A stretch of 64,000 bases of DNA from Zygnema circumcarinatum SAG 698-1b (taxonomy: Eukaryota; Plantae; Zygnematophyceae), in NCBI GenBank assembly GCA_037447605.1, contig CM074807.1:3856829-3920828 (forward strand), given 5' to 3'. Position 1 is the stretch's first letter. Every line of letters starts with the position of its first letter. The notes under the pieces are model-generated. The model searched no databases. It saw only the letters and a list, made by a program, of their open reading frames with translations, and was not told the DNA's origin. This document shows, piece after piece, positions 40,830 through 53,281 of this stretch. The position numbers and the translations under genes are program-made.

Positions 40830-42365
40830 ATGCGGGGCCTGCGGAACCGGCCTAGGCGTGAGCAGGAGGAGAGGAAGAACCAGTTCGAGAAGCATGCGTT
40901 GAAAGCTACAACATCAGAGGTGGGATCATCTTTCACATTTTTTAAATTTAGTTCAGAAGGGGTTTCTGCAGGTGCTTGACAGGTTGGTGTTTGTTCGTCG
41001 AAGAAAAATGTCAACACGCGAAGGGCAACAGGTTGGCATGTTGCATGAGGCAAGGAATAGAATAGGATAGGTATAGAATAGGAAGGTCATAGTGCGTCTA
41101 GGGAGTAAGGAGGTCCATTTGAGAGCAGCGTGTTTAATTTCAAAGAATCTATTCTCGCTTGCGCTGCAGTGACGGAGAAAGTGGGAGTATCTAAGGGTAC
41201 CCTTGGGGCTATTTTACTCGATTCTTTCCAAATATTGGTCCAAATTCTCCAAATACATGCTGGCTAGTGGTTATAATTAGGGTGAGACAAGCGTTCGGTG
41301 GCATTCCCCAGACTTCCCCCTGCTTTTCCCTGCTTCCTGGGTTTGAGTGATACGTTACCCTTCGCAGCCGCTTACACAGTTGGAATCGTCTTCAATCTTT
41401 ACAACAGGCATTACGGCTGCTTTAGACCCCCCTAGCCGTCTGATTTTAGCTAAGGGAATTGTCAACTGTCACGCATACTTGCTCCTTTTTGCAATGTCTT
41501 GAGAATGAGCATGCATAATTCTGATTCTGAGGTCAATTTGCGGCGACTTTGACAGGATGGAGCAACACACATACATCAAGCGGGTCCAGTGGTGCAGAGG
41601 CAGCCCGGACGTCGAGATGATGCCAACCCCATGTTTGAGTTTGATCCTGAAATTGCGGCAGCCTTCTCACGCAATGTGCAGGTCAGTTTCTAATCCGAAT
41701 CCGGGGTAGGCCATTTTGCGAAGATTAGGTGAAAAAAGCGAATGCTGTGCTGCTATGCGTTCGGTGTCCTTTACCTTGAAACCTTTATATGCCTTGACTT
41801 CTCCTTTAGCCTATAATGGATTCACTCTCTCTCTAATACCTTGAAGGGCGCTCCACCTAACTTGATTTTATACCTCCGTGGTTTCGGTTTGGCTCACTCC
41901 CTGCAGTTTTTCAAACGTGTCTTCACCATTGACACCCTCCTACAGCCTCTCCCTACGCCTGTGAGGCGTGGAATTGCTCGAAGTGTACATTCCTTCACTC
42001 GAATCTTCACCCAGTTTTTTGGTGAGTGGCGGTTTACCTCGACCTGCGGAGAAGGAAGCCCGTAACCTAACCCATTTTATGCTAAATGGCGGGGTGGGAA
42101 AGGACATGAGCTCTTGGAAAACGCTGATTTCTGTTAAGTGAAGGTAGATGCTGGCAGGGCCAATCTTTTGGTGAAGTAAAGGCCTTGCTGTAACTTACTG
42201 GCCATTGCTGAAGTTCAATACTTAAACTCACAAGTGAACCCTTTTGCAAGATTCTGAGGAGGTGAAATGACTGCCAATGCAGACCAACGAGGCATTGTCA
42301 ATGCTCAGAAAGCCTTGGGACTGCGGCCAGGAGAAGCAGACCGCAGGCGGACACTGTCTCGCTAG
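40830..42365 (+). CDS. Small (101-aa) basic protein of unknown function, probably plant-conserved
   Basis: Exons 40830-40919, 41556-41681, 42015-42021 (7 nt) and 42283-42365 are in phase with GT-AG sites. Product: MRGLRNRPRREQEERKNQFEKHA...PMFEFDPEIAAAFSRNVQFFDQRGIVNAQKALG...SR*. Confidence 0.65.
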
Positions 42366-43651
42366 AATTGCTTGCTTGCAGGGGAAGGATGGTGATAGGC
42401 AGAAGAAGTTCCACATGTATGGAGGCCTTATTAACCTGGAGACCCTTCACCCTTTTTGTCGTCACAACTGGCTATGAAGCAGCATTACCCCTTCAGCTGT
42501 AGGGCATTGGGGAGAAGAAAACACAGCTTGCAGTTTTTGTCAATGCGCACCCTCTGGTGATTCTAGTTTGGTCTTGACGAAGGGGAATTCAAATGGCTCA
42601 AATCTTGGCTATGCGCCCTCTATTTAGCAAGTGCGCTATGTTAGGTTAAAATGCCTTCGGTTGGAGGAACAACACAATTCCTTCAAGGCAAAGTTAAAAT
42701 GTATTGAAGAGTGTATTTTACCCTAGTTTATGAACTCTGATTCTTTTCGCGCAGTCTCCTTCCTCCCCCTTTCTCCATCTTTCTCCTCCAGTTATACTCC
42801 TCGTGCTGAGAGCGGCCCTTGTTTAGTGCCTGCCCAGCGCGTTACCTCTCAGCTTCCCCTCAACTTGCATGCATGGGTCACCTTTGCTGTTTATCCCTGC
42901 CGTGTTAGGGCTAATGCTCTCAAAATTGGGATGTCCTCATATTGATGTCAGTAGCTCAGTTGATGCAGGGTTGCATTGTGGGGGTGGCCACTTCCAACCA
43001 ATGCGTTGTGGGAGTTCTTCATGCATAAGATGAAGTGTATGAGCAGTCGGTGCACCAAATTCGGTCGCCACAATGTGGACAGTCGTAATTCCTTGCACAG
43101 CGCCAATGAACACATGCATTGCGAGCTTGCAAGCTGTAATGTTGCAATTCGACCTGCATGTTTTACCCACAAAAAGCACAAGATTTTCATCCCCCCTCAG
43201 CCCCGTCTTGCCAACAATGCATTACGGGATGATCGGTCTCCTTCGCCTCTACCGTAGCGAGAATGACAAAATTTTGCCAATCTCCTCAGAGTGAAGGTCG
43301 TCTCATTCATGGCGACAAACAAAACCTGTTCATGTTGCAAAGTGGACCAAAGTGGAGTGCTATTCATTCTTAGGCCAACCTTTTTCCTCGCATTGCAGAC
43401 CGCAGTCCACACAGGGACACATAAGTACCGGCACAAGCTGCATAGCCTGTCACTTTCTGCATCGCGAGCTGAGCCGTAGTTGTCGTGCACAGCAGACGCA
43501 GACTTTTGAAAAAAAGAGAAAAATAGAAAGTGTTCCTGCAGCTCTGTCCTGCTGTCTTGTCTGCTTCTGTGACGTAGCAGAGCAGTATTGAAATACTTGG
43601 ATTCTTGAGGCAGAATTTTGGCAGTAAGGATTGGCAGAGGCGGATTCAGCC

Positions 43652-46048
43652 ATGGCTGGCTCCTCTTCTGCAGATGCTTCCGCCGCATCTTCCTATTCGG
43701 AAGTTCCATCGATCGAAGGAAATTCTTCTGAAGGTGTGGAGGAAGTGACTCTCAATGTGAAGTGGTCCGGAAAAGAATACGCTGTGCGCGTTTGCGGGGA
43801 GGATACGGTTGGAGAGCTGAAGCAGCGCATCTGTGAAGTCACTCGCGTTCTGCCAAAGCGGCAAAAGCTTTTGGGGTTGAAGGCAAACGGAAAGCCGGCG
43901 AATGACAGCATGTTACTAGGGCAGTTGGCGATTAAGCCTTCTATGAAAATAATGATGATGGGGTAATTGCACCAGAAACTCATTGAAAGTCTCTATCTCT
44001 GTTTATAGAACGGTGTCTCATTAGATGAAGCAGCAAAACCATTCAGCTGGGGTGATTCCAATCGCTTGAAATGTGCAATCCATTCCAGGTTGGCCATGAA
44101 GAGTTTAGTCTGCAAAAAAATCTGGAGACATTAATGGCGTGAACCAACTGTATCCGGTAGGGGAAACGTGAAGTGCAACTGTTGTAGCTGCGTTAAATGT
44201 GTCTTTTTCTCGCCAAAGGAGGCAAGGCGTTCTGTCAGTGAATGATTAGGCAATATTTTGACGGCGGGCCCTATGTGAAAGCACTGCCTGATGTTTGGGT
44301 GAGCATATCCATGCGCAGAACAGTGGAGGATGAAATATTGGTGGAGCCGGAGGAGGCGCCGGAAGTGGTGGATGACTTGCAGTTGCCGCAGGAAGAGGCC
44401 GTTGCAATACAAGATCGGGAAGAGAATCAAAGGAAGCTCAGGCGCAGGGCTGCAGCATACAAGGTTTGTGGGATGAACATACTCTACTAAATGCAAAGCA
44501 AGTGCTGGACTCATTTACTCAAGTCTGTAGCAATCTGGATGGATTCTTAATGAGTTTGCCTGCAATCTGCATTTTATAAGGTGCTGAGAAAGTCTATTGA
44601 CGTTGACAAGACCAGGAGAATGAGGAGGAGTGTCCTCTGGTTCGCCTCTTTTTAAAGGACTCTCAATGAATAGCTAGGGGATTCATTATTCTCGGATTTG
44701 CCACGCTTCTGACGGATGTTGATGAGGGATTTTTTGGAAAGCAGATGAAAGTGTTGAACCCTCCACGGGAAGGGAAAAAACTGCTGGTTTTGGATATCGA
44801 CTACACGCTGTTTGACCATCGCTCAACTGCAGAAAACCCATTGGAGCTGATGCGTCCCTGTATGCCCATTTCTCCACCTGCGATAGTTTTTCTGCTGGAA
44901 TGTTGAAGTCACTGCACAGGCAGTGGTGATGTGGGCAGAGGCCTCGCATTCAATATGTCATGTTGGGCATTAAATAATTTTCTGCAATGAGAGAAGTGGT
45001 ATTTTGAACGTTTCAAGAGTGGCGTTGGAGCTAGCAAGAGGTGCTTGCTACTCGGATGGGGTTCCCTGGAATTCAGATAATCATGACAAGAACTCAAAAT
45101 TCAGCTATTGTGATGCACTTCTGTCAACCTGAAGTCGCTTTTCAACTTCTTCCCTTGGGCGTTGCAGGGCAGGGTGGTCCGAGGCTTACAAGTTTGTCAG
45201 AGGTGACCTAACACAAGAAAATCTTCTCTTCCTGCTCGACACTTGGCAGATCTACATGAGTTCCTTGCGGCCACCTACTCGGAATACGATATCATTATCT
45301 GGTCAGCGACAGGGTAAGTCGCTGCTCCACACTTTCGTTTGTGCATTTATGCCAAAGATTACTTGAATGGGTGTTTTGAGGAATCCTGGGTGATGAGGGC
45401 AAGAGTTGAGAAGCATGGGAGCAGCCGCCAATGCTCTGTTTAGCCCTCATTCTGCTTGTGTGCTTACTGCATCGATGCAGCATGAAGTGGGTGGAGGTGA
45501 AAATGAAGGAGCTTGGAGTGCTTGGAAATCCGTCCTACAAGATTGTCTCCCTTGTTGACCACTTAGCGATGATCACTGTTAACTCGGACCGTTATGGGGT
45601 CTTCGACTGCAAGCCTCTTGGCGTCATCTGGAGCAGCTTCCCTGAGGTCAGAACTACTCATGCCTTCCTCTCCCATCTGAAGCAGTGCTTGCTTTAGCTT
45701 TGCAAACTGCTCGAGATCGAGTCTGCTTCCAAATGCCGGGAGAGTCTGGGGAGCTTTCTCCATTGTAGACTGGCTCACTCTTTTGAAAATGGCGGATTGC
45801 AGTTCTACAATTCAAGGAACACCATCATGTTGGACGACCTCAAGCGTAACTTCGTAATGAACCCGAGGAATGGCCTTGTCATCCGGCCCTTCCGCAAAGC
45901 ACATTTTACGAGAGGGGAAGACCACGAGCTGTTGGATCTCACTCACTACTTGTTGGCCATCGCGGAGCTGAGCGATATTAGCAAGGTTGACCATAGCAAG
46001 TGGGAGCTGTACCTTACTGGACACGCAAAGAAGCAGAGGAAACTTTGA
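43652..46048 (+). CDS. UBLCP1: Ubiquitin-like domain-containing CTD phosphatase
   Basis: N-terminal UBL (VKWSGKEY...[11 protein letters not shown]), HAD motif [45 protein letters not shown]. Seven GT-AG exons. Confidence 0.96.
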
Positions 46049-46565
46049 GTGGTACTATGCTTTACGAGGTTTAGAGCTTTGTGACAAATGTCATTTTAAG
46101 TGTTTGGTGCCAATATTTACATGAAAAGGAAAATGGAGAAAAAGCTAACGGAAACGTGATGCTGAGGTTAGTTTGCCCTTCCTTTCACATCTCAAAATTT
46201 AGATTCGTGCCTTGTGAACAGTTAACATCAGCACTGGCTCGGACTTTCCATATTTTATTCAGATAGACATGATTCACGTTCGGCAGACAACAAACTTTGT
46301 GCAAATGATAGCTGGTCGATACATCTTTAAGCCCAGACACATTCCGTCTGAGAATCCCTGTCTCTGAACCATTAATGTAAACAAATGTACAGCCAACTGT
46401 GTAATGTACAAGACGCTCGCTATTCAGATGAACTGCTTCCTCTGATTTCAGTCTAACCTTACAGCAACAACGAGACGTTTAACTACAAGCGTTTCGAGTT
46501 TTCCATTAACCGTTTCTTCCAAAGCGAAGCCTCTTATCCCACGTTGGCAACGTGTTTGCTTCACC

Positions 46566-48044
46566 TTACTCTGTCTTCTGCTCGACTTGTCCTGCATGGC
46601 AGACAATAAGCATAGCGCACAAGGGTTCAACGAGCAGGAAATGCATGCATTTGTAAGACATATTATACAACAAAGCAGTAAGACGATGCTATCTATAGTG
46701 GCAGAAGCTCTAGGAGGGCCAACCTTACTTACGATGATAGCGTAATTGCAGTTATGTTAATGTTTCAGAACAAGCTTTCCTTTCCAGAATCATTTTGCAT
46801 AGCTTCAAAACAGAAACGACAGGAGTAAAACGCAGGCGGAGACTGCCAACCTTTGAACATGCGAGATTGGTCGCCTACTTTCTCGTACACTTTTGTGCGA
46901 AGCTGCAGGCCTCTCGGGCGGATGAAATTAAGGTAAAGATAGAGAGCTCCACGAAATTGTGGCAGAACCAACCAAGCCACAAATACGAGTTTCAAAGTAT
47001 AGTAAAGGGGAATCCTGCCACGACATTTGCCACGAATCAGTTAAGTATGCATCATTCTCAAACCACGTCTCTCCCACAAGTAAAGCACCATCAAGCACAG
47101 TATGTAAAACAAACAAGTTCGACTCTGGCTTCAGACATTGCAGAAAGCTGAATCGATTAGGAAAGCTCATTACCAAGCAACGATGGGCTGTGCAAAAATC
47201 TCAAAGAGTTGAAGGAGGGAGTTGATGACCCTGCCACAACGTTTGCCACGAATCAGTAAAGCATGCATCAGTCCCCAATCACGTCTCTCCCACAACTAAA
47301 GCACCATGAAGCATAGTATGTAAAACAAACAAGTCCTACTCTCGCTTCAGGTATTGCAAAAAGCTGAATCGAGTACCAGTAGGTCAACCACTGCTTGTCA
47401 TCGTCAGGGCTTGGCGACTCCAGGGCCTCAAATGAAGCAGCTCTGAAAAAACAAAACAAAACAGAGCACAAGCCGTCAGAAAAAATTCAGCATTCGCACG
47501 TTTCGGCCAGCAAAGTCCTAAAAGCCAGCTTTTCAAAGTAGTACCCTTACACCCAGAACTATGGAAGGATACATAATAATTGTCCGGGGCTGAAAAGTTG
47601 TCGAGACTTACGCTGGATACAGAATCGTTAGAATAGGCCTGCAAAGGAAAAGCCAGAAGAGTCGTCAGTCAGGAAAGAAACGTCAGAATCGGCAACTGGA
47701 CCGACTTCAGCACCACCCGCCATAAGTAAAGTTACTCTAAAAAAAGTAAAAAGTTGAACTGAAGTAACTCTCAATTAATTCATTTTTTGATGTAAAACGA
47801 GGCAATTCCAAGGTTAATGCTCCATAAGCGATTGCAGCCGCATGAACCCTGGCTCGGAGCTTTCCGAAAAAAAAAACATTTCAGAACTGAAAAGTGTTGA
47901 CCGTCTCCAAGTCACTCCTTTGCGTACACAGCAACGCAACCACCGCAACAGCGCTTTGAGTAACGTTGAGGACCTTTACCCGAGGAACTTGAAGGCGGTG
48001 GTGAGAATCGGGTACACCGGGACGGGCACACTTCCGTTTGCCAT
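46566..48044 (-). CDS. HVA22: HVA22-like (TB2/DP1/REEP) protein, 134 aa
   Basis: Exons 48044-47980, 47638-47612, 47442-47377, 47230-47174, 47014-46851 and 46591-46566 total 405 nt. Product: GPILTILYP...[10 protein letters not shown]...[24 protein letters not shown]. Confidence 0.93.
47015..47372 (-). repeat. Homologous adjacent introns 3 and 4 of HVA22
   Basis: 47231-47372 versus 47015-47156: 125/142 identical by hand count, ungapped, both ending at the acceptor AG. Confidence 0.93.
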
Positions 48045-48109
48045 GGCTGCCTCCTGTGCACCTCAATACTCTCCTTTTTCCTTCTCTCTCTCTCTCTCCC
48101 TCTCTCTGT

Positions 48110-48154
<45 letters not shown>

Positions 48155-48269
48155 CTCTTCTGTCGACTGAGCAAGCAAGCAAGCAAGCAGGACCAACTGG
48201 TGCTCTCCGCCCCTTCTTGTACGGCCCGCAAGTGCGCCTCGCTGGCGCCGCCAGGTCCAATCCCTTTCT

Positions 48270-48418
48270 GCCACGTGCGCGCTCCAGTCAAAGGAGGCCA
48301 CGCAGCCCCGCCACGTGGCCGCGTCCCCGAGCGCTTGGAGGTTAACGGCAGTCCTTGCCACGTCATCGAGCCGTCTGGGCGCGCCATGTGGCGGGGCCAC
48401 CGCCCAGCCCCACGTGGC
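48270..48418 (-). promoter_or_regulatory. ABRE/G-box cluster upstream of HVA22
   Basis: ACGTGGC cores at 48270-48276, 48310-48319 (palindromic), 48357-48363 and 48412-48418, plus GCCACCG (CE1-like) at 48396. Confidence 0.6.
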
Positions 48419-49475
48419 AGCCTCCCCGGATCGCCAGGGTGCTGCCCGATATATCGTCCGGTATCGAAAATGCGATGGTTGGTGGTCCGATGCGATGGGA
48501 CCCCATGGCCATGGGAGGGTGCCGTACAACGAACTATACGGATCGTTCCCTTAAGGGAGGCAACGATGAAGCGGAAGTGGGGAGGTTACATTATGGGTTG
48601 CCACATACTGAACCTTGCTTTGTGTTGGAGGGGGAGCAGCTTGGGTGGTTCAACGGGGCTTATTGGGATGACACTTTTCTTCCTTTTCTCGTCATATAAT
48701 TCTGTGTACTCGGGCTGCTATATTTAGGTTTTACTAAAGGTAAACCATCGGTCAAGGGCAGAATACAGCAATTAAGAAACTTGGTTCTTGAACCAGTCTT
48801 GACAAAAGCACGGTTAAAACGAACTTTGAACTGGACAGAACAGAGCAGAACACCTTCATAAGAAGAGAGGTGTAGCGGTCTCAAGCAGCAGACAATCTCA
48901 TTAACTTCACAGAAAATAGATTGAATAATGAAAGCACTCGACCAACAGAGTGAACGTGTGCGATAGGCTCGAGGAGTCCTTGCAAACGTTTTTCAGCACG
49001 TTAAAAGTCACCGCTAATGCGAATTCATCAAAGAGGAGAAGCGCGGTCACAGGTACATGCTTGAGGTGTCGAGAGAAAGGTCAACACCCGCCATGGCTGC
49101 CGAGCTAAGAAAGCCCATGACCGCGTACAACAAATACGTAACTCTAGTTGCAAATGAGAGATAGGGAGTATACCAGGCAGCAGTGCCTCGTACTATACTC
49201 ATTCAAAAAACTCGGTGGCAAATCCTGAACTTTTCCTCAGAGAGTCTCATCCTCGCCTGAAGCGCATTATGTCTCATACCATAACGAGAACCCGCGGCAA
49301 ATTGCAATGGTCGAACTTCAAGGAAGAAACCATCAGCCTGCTTCGCCACTAGACAAAAGAAGTCGAGAGTTTCACTGTACACATTCCAATGACCAACGTG
49401 GCCAAAAAAATAAGTGGAAAGAGCAGCTATGACTTTACTACTTTAAACTCTACTATTCTTTTTAAACCTTTAAAT

Positions 49476-51944
49476 TCAAATGTCTGTCTCTTCTAATGGC
49501 AGAGGGCCGCAGCCCGGGATGACTTCGGCCGAAAGTAACTCCATTGGAGCCATTTCCATATCCTCCAACTCGTCCTGGAAAGCGGCTGGTTCATAGCGGC
49601 GAGCTGCCTTCCCATCGTACGATGGGCGAGAAAGGGGCAGCGCATCTGCAGGTGTGAACAGGGGCGCTGCAGCAGGAGAGGGGACCGTGTTCGGGAGGAA
49701 GAGCAGCAGGAGACTGCTTGCCCCAAGGGAGAGGCCGAGCCCTATAAGAGTGATTTTCAAACGGTTGAGTACTGGTTTCACCTGAAGGGAGCATGGCAGA
49801 AAGGGAAAGGGGCGGTATAAGGACTAATCTGAAAGTGTTTCTGCAGTTAAGAGGAAGGATGGAGAAGCTGTGGTTTTGCTCACTCACTTTGTATGAGGCA
49901 AGGAGGCGATCACGTGCGAGCAGTTCGGGAGTCTTCACCCACATCTGGATGGACGAGGAAGGTCACGAGCAATAAGAAGACTCAAGGAAAGGATGCAACA
50001 CTTGAATGAGGTTTCAGAAGGGTTCAGACTCAACTGCAGTTGGCAAGGCCTGTCAACCCTAGATTATACTTTTTTTAATCAGTTTAGAGTTTCTGTTAGT
50101 ACCTCTCCGTCATACCATCCTGTCTCCTCGTCTGCTCCCAATAACACAACCCAGCCAAATAGAAATCGCCATTTGTGAGTGTCCAACACTAAGTGTCAAT
50201 CACAGGAGCTTATTCCCCATTTCAATCATACATGAAGAGATGAAAACTACTTCCAGCTTATAAGGATACTTGACAGCCAAACACGTCTTCGACTGGGGAG
50301 CAGGAAAAACAAGTGGGAGCTTAATACCGCTTGCAGCCACTCCCTAGTTGCACTTTCATGATATATTAAACACACGAAGTTCAGCCCAGCCAAACAAACT
50401 CATTCCGCCTTTAGGAACTGCATTGCCAAGCTCTCTAAGGTTGCACTTATCGTCTTTGGTCAGGAAATGTACAGCATTTAAAGCAAACCTGGTACGTTTG
50501 ACAGAATGCAGGTTTCCTCCTTTCATGTGCTGGAAACGAGTCTCCAAACATATGCCTCATCTAAACGGGCTGTTAATGGCCTGGAGGGAGACTAGAGCTT
50601 ACATTCCACTGTGGCGCTAAAGAGGCGGTTTCCAACATAAGACCAGCCGAGGTAAAGGCGAAGAGCCGTCAAAGTGACTGCCACTTGGCCTCCAGCTAAC
50701 GTGCCCAGTACGCACTGCAAGGCTTGGTTCTGAAATCCAACACATAATTGAAGAACAAACAAGAAACTCACTGCCTGCTATGGGAACTTGCTAAGGATGA
50801 GGAATGATTTCGCCTAAAGGGAGGAAATGCCTGATTCTGCCTTCACCGACGACACTCAGTCTGACTTGTTTCAAATTAAGTCTGCAGATCCACAGACATG
50901 AACTCAACTACGGCCTTTTAAACTAGATCCAGAAATAGTTCAGTTTCAATTGGAGGCTTGTAGGTGAAATCACGCAATCGCACTTTGCCATGCGCAACAA
51001 TGAATTTCATAAACAGGTTTGGGAACGGTTAACACTAAGATAGAACAACAGCGTTCGACCAGAAAATTTTGAAAAAAAATCTGTCTCGCTCGTCCTGCTA
51101 CTCTACGTGAAGTCGGACTTCATGGGTTATGCAAAAGAGAGCAAGTAAAAGAGAAAAACATGGAGATGACTGTCCGTGCAGCTTCTGAATCACTCGAGGA
51201 CCTAATTAATGAACAATGCCTGCATTAGGTACAATACATGCCGAATAAGGCTGCAGTAGCAGACGGTGAGATTTACTGACCATATGCACTTCCCCACAGC
51301 TGCACGTGACAGGGCATAAGGCCAAGGTACGACATTCAACCAAAGAAGCACGCTTCATCTGCAGGCCAGGGAGGTTATCGTACCCGAGGGTTAAATGTCA
51401 AGGATGAGACTGGCCATCCAATGAGGAGTGAGAAGCAGACTCCAATTGCAGCTAGCCTTAGGGCGTAGTTCACAGGCCCTAATGTTACCCACGAAAACAG
51501 CCCCATCTCTAATAGATTCTGATACTCATTCATGGGCTGCTGCTCTTTCGGGACCGGGCACCAGCTATCCAGAAGAGGATCCTTTCTCCAATCTCCTCCA
51601 CTGGAACCTCCAGGGGGGATATCGCCTCCTCGAACTGCGCAAACTGGCGATGACGCTAATCGTACTCCTACTTCTAAGCCTAGCCCTAACCCTAACCCTA
51701 GCCTCCTTCTCTTCTGAAGGCGTTTACACCGCCTGCAGACTACTGCAGAAGGCCGAGCAGCGCCTTGAAGTTGACAACTTCTCTCAAGCCATGGCGTGAA
51801 TTCTAGTGCGGTAAATAAACGGAGCCCTGAAGGTCGATTCTGATCCAAATGCACGATTCTCCTGGACGAAGCAGCAGCCCTAAACTGCAAGGCCGAAACG
51901 CGTCCCTGGACAGCACACGAGCTTGCAACTGACAATGCCGCCAT
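49476..51944 (-). CDS. CGLD27: CGLD27/Ycf36-like (DUF1230) plastid protein
   Basis: CPVPKEQQPMNEY, RLYLGWSYVGNRLFSATVEYEETGWYDG, WVKTPELLARDRLL, VKPVLNRLK. Five exons with a transit-peptide-like N-terminus. Confidence 0.92.
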
Positions 51945-52210
51945 GGCGTGCAACAAGACTACCCCTCTGCTCTTTCAACGACACCTCTTTCCAGGGCGCC
52001 CGTCCCCCAAGTCTCCCCCCTCCCCCTTACCGCCGCCCCTCTAGGATGGCGGCCGCCATGGACCCGAGGAGAGAGGCGCGCGACCGACCCCCACGTGGCC
52101 GCCTCTCCTTCTTCCCCCTCCCGGCCTCCCTCCCCCGCCTGCGGGCCACGCCCGCCACCGCCCGTGGGCGCGCGGGCGACACGGGCCGGAACGGGTTCCC
52201 GTGTGAACAC

Positions 52211-52585
52211 TATAGATCCGTATTATACACTTTGAGGTTCGATACAATGTATAATACAGTATTAATACTGTATTATACACTGTATAATACCTTAACGCAA
52301 CTGTTAACAGCCGTACAATCGGAACATAGACCCGTACGGAAATTATGTACGGAATGCGTGTACGAACGTGTACGGACCAAGTCACACGTGTTGAGTGTTT
52401 GGCAAGTGACGTGACTTGGCAAGTTCTGGAATTTCAATATTATAATCAAATTTTGTTCAACTAACCACGAAAATAAAAAAAATACGTTAAATACATTAAA
52501 AATACACTGTATTTTTAAAATGTTGTATAATACGCATGTATTATACAGTGTATTAATACACGCGTTTGATACATACGGATCTATA
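52211..52585. mobile_element. 375-bp hAT-like MITE, intact (copy 1)
   Basis: 13-bp TIR TATAGATCCGTAT/ATACGGATCTATA, perfect 8-bp TSD GTGAACAC (52203-52210 and 52586-52593), AT-rich with internal palindromes. Confidence 0.92.
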
Positions 52586-52812
52586 GTGAACACGCTTCCT
52601 GCGTGAACTCGTTCAATGTGAACATGTCCAAGACGGTACGGACCGCCCTTGGGGATTCCAGGTCCTAGTTTGTGTCCATTTGGGCTTCAGACCTCGTGGT
52701 TCCCCGTGTTGGCTCCGACCATGGCATGTGATGGCATCGCCATGGTGGGATCAGCGCCACTTTTGCCCCCCTTCTAGGCTTCTCGCTTGGAACACTCCCC
52801 CAAGTTGGGGGA

Positions 52813-53191
52813 GTATTATACAGTTTGAGGTTCGATACAATGTATAATACAGTATTAATACTGTATTATACATTGTACAATACCTTAACGCAACTGTTAA
52901 CAGCCGTACAATCGGAACATAGATCCGTACGGAAATTATGTACGGAAGAGATGTACGGAAGTGGTGTACGAACATGCACGGACCAAGTCACACGTGTTGA
53001 GTGTTTGGAAAGTGGCGTGACTTGGCAAGTGCTGGAATTTCAATATTATAATCAGATTTTGTTCAACTAACCACGAAAATAAAAAAAATACGTTAAATAC
53101 ATTAAAAATACATTGTATTTTTAAAATGTTATATAATACGCATGTATTATACAGTGTATTAATACACGCGTTTGATACATACGGATCTATA
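52813..53191. mobile_element. Second copy of the same MITE, left TIR deleted
   Basis: Near-identical to copy 1 in the same orientation. Right TIR intact and followed by CCCCCAAC; the left end begins 9 nt into the TIR. Confidence 0.92.
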
Positions 53192-53281
53192 CCCCCAACT
53201 CCCAATCAAGGCACCGAAACGATTTTCACTTTTGGTCGGTTGTATGGCTCTTGGAGGTTCCTTTCGGCAACTGCGAGCTTC

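Noticed and set aside
52235-52245. GGTTCGA B-box-like motif suggesting a tRNA or SINE
   Set aside because: No A box or cloverleaf. It lies inside a TIR element with an 8-bp TSD.
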